Notes under the pieces: model-generated
Told to the model about the DNA's origin: nothing
The model's database searches: none
What the model saw: the letters and a program-made list of their open reading frames with translations, nothing else
Program-made: the position numbers and the translations under genes
Shown here: piece after piece, positions 61,378 through 64,000 of the stretch
Position numbering within the stretch: the stretch's first letter is position 1
Layout: every line of letters begins with the position of its first letter
Assembly: GCA_963715755.1 (NCBI GenBank)
Contig: OY970273.1
Coordinates: 667,287-731,286 of the forward strand
From: an uncultured Planctomycetaceae bacterium
GTDB lineage: Bacteria > Planctomycetota > Planctomycetia > Pirellulales > PALSA-1355
Direction of reading: 5' to 3'
Length of the DNA stretch: 64,000 nt

Positions 61378-62553
61378 ATGGAACAGTCGTCACGGCACAC
61401 CAAAGCAATCGTTTCCATTCGCGCGAATCTGCTCGAGCTAGTTGTCATTGCGATCGTAATTGCGCTGGGCGTAAACATACTGGCGGGCATGATCCTGAGC
61501 ACAATGCCAAACCATACGTGGTGGGCAGGACTTGGAGGAGTCGTACTGATTGGCGTAGGTTTGGCTTATCTCGTCGCGCGGGCCGTTCCTCGAGTTAACC
61601 AGTGCTCGAAATTTGAGGGGCTTCTGCCGATCGCCGGGACTGATAATGCGGTAGTGCGGATCGACCGATACGAGTTTGCGGAGAAGATCGAAACGTATAG
61701 ATGCGCCTTGGCCGCAGAAAACAAAGCGCTAGCAAGAGCGTGGGCGGATGGCCCGCTCAACGGAATCGCGATTGGAGGCAACGGGAAGGCGACTAAGCAG
61801 GTATCGGTTGCCATGAAACTGGTAGAGGAGGCGACAGAATATTTCGTATTAAGTAAGCTGTCCCTTCACCTCAATTCGCACTTTGCGAACAACTCGGCGG
61901 TCGACGAGTCCGAAATTGTCACGGTCGGCCGCCGCGAAATTCCAGCTGTGCTGCTGGAGAATCGATTCCTCGAGCTCTTCTCGAAGCCAATGGAGGAGCG
62001 TGAGGCATTTTCTACGTCCAGGCACAAGAGTCCGCCCTTAGGTCGAGTGGTTTTCGCGACCGGTAGTGGTGGATCGATCTTTGACCTGTTCGAGTTAGAA
62101 CTGCCACGTGGTGCAAAAGTAGATAGGATTAATGAGAGGTCAATCGTCGTAAGAACTCATCGATTCTCTCTTAGAATCGATGTTCACTTTGACGGATTCT
62201 TGTCGGTCTTCCCAATTGATTTTGATGAGCGGTATTTAGGGAATGGCGAACGGCGAGTTGATGCCTACAAAATATCCGTTGAACTTAATGTTAAGTTTAA
62301 TCTGTGGTCACTTTTTAGCGCCACCGGTTGGCAGTACTACCAGTGGCTTGATTCATTCGTCGATCAGTTCAGTAAGTCATTCGCGTTTGAAGAATTCTTG
62401 GACGATATCGGGTGGAGCACGGCATTGACAGTGAGTAAGTTGGTGCAGCACGGCCGTCCAGGACGATCCAACGCAGATTCTCGGCTTTCGGTGGATGCAA
62501 AGCCGCCAGAATCGAAAGATACACGTAAAGCTAAAAAACGCCGTCGCGAATAA
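61378..62553 (+). CDS. Hypothetical protein: two N-terminal TM helices + ~300-aa uncharacterised soluble domain + Lys/Arg-rich tail
   Basis: ORF 61378..62553. The TM helices are LLELVVIAIVIALGVNILAGMIL and WWAGLGGVVLIGVGLAYLVARAV. The tail is KDTRKAKKRRRE. No family recognised. Confidence 0.65.
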   Translation: MEQSSRHTKAIVSIRANLLELVVIAIVIALGVNILAGMILSTMPNHTWWAGLGGVVLIGVGLAYLVARAVPRVNQCSKFEGLLPIAGTDNAVVRIDRYEFAEKIETYRCALAAENKALARAWADGPLNGIAIGGNGKATKQVSVAMKLVEEATEYFVLSKLSLHLNSHFANNSAVDESEIVTVGRREIPAVLLENRFLELFSKPMEEREAFSTSRHKSPPLGRVVFATGSGGSIFDLFELELPRGAKVDRINERSIVVRTHRFSLRIDVHFDGFLSVFPIDFDERYLGNGERRVDAYKISVELNVKFNLWSLFSATGWQYYQWLDSFVDQFSKSFAFEEFLDDIGWSTALTVSKLVQHGRPGRSNADSRLSVDAKPPESKDTRKAKKRRRE

Positions 62554-62599
62554 CGTAAAGCACCTTCGACCCGAGGTCTCACAATAATGTGGCAACGCA

Positions 62600-63481
62600 A
62601 TGAGCAGAGAAGATATTTGGGCGGTCACTGGCGTCGGCCTCTATCAATACGATGTGCTTTGCGACTTCACTGACAAAGAAGTACGGGCGTACTGCCAGTC
62701 CATGCGGCAAAAGGCCGCCAGCCTGGCTAAGAGCTGGTCGCAAGACTTGTCGACTGAATGGATATCTCGCAGTTTCCTCGCGGTCAAAATGATCCTTGCT
62801 GCGCAACTCTTGCTAAATGCCGCTTACTACGCCGCCAGAAAGAATCTGTTTGTTACGCAACCGTATTTGATCTACTACGCTTTGCTAAATTCGTGCCGAG
62901 CCGTCCTGTTCACCGATCTACACACTGACTGGAGGCAAGGTAGCTTACGGACAATTAGCCACGACAAAATCAGGACCATGACGGTGTCGTCGTTACGCCG
63001 CTTGTCTCGAACTAAGGCTGAAGAAATCGACTCGTTTATCTTGCGGGCAAAAAAACATAGAGAACTATTGAGCTACAGCTTTCCCGCGACTGGTCTGCGT
63101 GAAATTCGCAAGGACGTCGACATGGACAAGGCTGCTGACGTTGCTGCACTTCTCTGCGAGATCGCGGAGGCGAATAGCGAGTGCTTGGAGTCGGCATGGC
63201 GCAAGCACTCGAATGTTCATTTTGATGTGGCTTGGGAATCACTCGTCGACATTTGCCTTTATGACGGCGAACCAGCGTTTACTGATGACAATGATCTCCA
63301 TCACGCGTCATTCCTCAAGCGTAAGGTAGTTGGTCCCGCGTGCCTTTGCATGATCATGACATTCGGTGCAATCGACGACTTTCAAATAGCGTGGTGTGCT
63401 AATTCGGATTTCAATTCCGAGAACGATGACTTCGATCCTGACCATTTCGAGGCCCCACCGATCTTCCATCCGCTCTGGTGA
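62600..63481 (+). CDS. Hypothetical soluble protein (possible YaaC/HEPN-like helical core, very tentative)
   Basis: ORF 62600..63481, 46 nt downstream of the 2-TM gene. The segment QPYLIYYALLNSCRAVLFTD...TISHDKI is reminiscent of YaaC-like/HEPN-type helices. The C-terminus is acidic. This assignment is not verified. Confidence 0.65.
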   Translation: MSREDIWAVTGVGLYQYDVLCDFTDKEVRAYCQSMRQKAASLAKSWSQDLSTEWISRSFLAVKMILAAQLLLNAAYYAARKNLFVTQPYLIYYALLNSCRAVLFTDLHTDWRQGSLRTISHDKIRTMTVSSLRRLSRTKAEEIDSFILRAKKHRELLSYSFPATGLREIRKDVDMDKAADVAALLCEIAEANSECLESAWRKHSNVHFDVAWESLVDICLYDGEPAFTDDNDLHHASFLKRKVVGPACLCMIMTFGAIDDFQIAWCANSDFNSENDDFDPDHFEAPPIFHPLW

Positions 63482-63678
63482 TGACGGACCTGTTAGGGTT
63501 CTTGGTCAGTGCATTATAGCGCCGAAACTGGAGCCCTCTTGCCTCAATACGGGACGGCTCTTGACCTTTTTGCAAATGGACAGAATCAGTCCAGAATCGT
63601 TGCAAGAGCCTGCAAAAATTGCAGAATCTGGACGGTGGAAGCCCATGTTGTTTCGGGAAATCGTCTTCGAGAGTGATC

Positions 63679-63722
63679 TTCGGGACGCAGAAGTCGCAGC
63701 TTCAAATCCTGTCGCCCCGACT
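63679..63722 (+). repeat. attR-like partial copy of the tRNA-Pro 3' half
   Basis: ttcgggacgcagaAgtcgcaGCttcaaatcCtgtcgccccgact compared with the tRNA sequence ttcgggacgcagaGgtcgcaTGttcaaatcAtgtcgccccgact. Confidence 0.85.
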
Positions 63723-64000
63723 CATTTAACTTCTTTGTCGCCAATCTCTTGCGACGAGCGCGGCCTGGAGGCCGCTGCGTGCCAGGTGGACAGGGTCGTC
63801 CCCAAGGCAAGCTCCCGTAGCGTCTAAGCTCAGCATTTGGTAGATCTCTGGCGCGTCGGCCGCTGCGTTCCATCGGCGCGGATCGCCAGGCGGTGCGGCA
63901 CGCCGGCGCGAGCGATTCCACGGATTTCCCAGGCCAGCTTTACAAGGCCAGCTTTCAAGGGTCACTGCGAAATGAGCATTCGATTGTCACGATCGGCAAA

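Larger units (their letters stand above)
60798..63722 (+). mobile_element. tRNA-Pro-integrated genomic islet (~2.9 kb) bounded by 44-nt direct repeats; no intact integrase
   Basis: The tRNA 3' part at 60798-60841 (from the anticodon loop onward) recurs at 63679-63722 with 40/44 identity. The DNA in between has visibly lower G+C than the flanks. 60842-61377 contains only broken ORFs. Confidence 0.65.

Noticed and set aside
63723-64000. Minus-strand ORF 63726..63965 and the open frame at the window edge.
   Set aside because: No motif was found, the composition matches background, and it may be the tail of a gene that starts beyond the window. It cannot be supported from what is visible.

Overview
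This is a GC-rich bacterial chromosome segment, by eye about 65-70% G+C. It most plausibly comes from a Planctomycetota (Pirellulales-like) genome. That placement is an inference from PEP-CTERM proteins, a prenyltransferase/squalene-oxidase-repeat protein, secreted STN-like proteins and a long NagB-LmbE fusion; no database search was possible.

Most of the window is housekeeping:
- Surface-sugar modification cluster, 1-7.5 kb.
- purE-purK, pepF, a lipid acyltransferase plus PAP2_C pair, and a Tat-type selenium-binding/methanethiol-oxidase homolog.
- tRNA-Leu, metF and rpoD.
- An Atu/Liu-like acyl-CoA carboxylase cluster, rpmG, recJ, pcm, purF, proB, nagB, sppA and lexA.
- A sigma54-type two-component pair, and tRNA-Pro.

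Two short stretches of visibly lower G+C look horizontally acquired and are the best candidates for an undescribed system:
1. 51.1-53.9 kb. It carries a 476-aa protein ending in an RNxxxH HEPN-like domain, a 221-aa PD-(D/E)xK nuclease-fold protein, and a broken Phd/YefM-like antitoxin with its own palindromic operator.
2. 60.8-63.7 kb. This is a 2.9 kb islet inserted in tRNA-Pro and bounded by a 44-nt direct repeat of the tRNA 3' half. It has no integrase. It carries a 2-TM protein plus an uncharacterised soluble partner.

Other points worth a second look:
- A self-contained micro-gene (promoter, strong RBS, 52 codons, terminator) for a Tat-signal peptide ending RRRWRRRWW.
- Tandem secreted paralogs, one with a (GGGM)n tail.
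- Two families of short dispersed intergenic repeats.
- About 15 single-base frameshifts in otherwise intact conserved genes. The four junctions I reconstructed in detail all fall in short C/G runs, so these look like assembly indels rather than biology.
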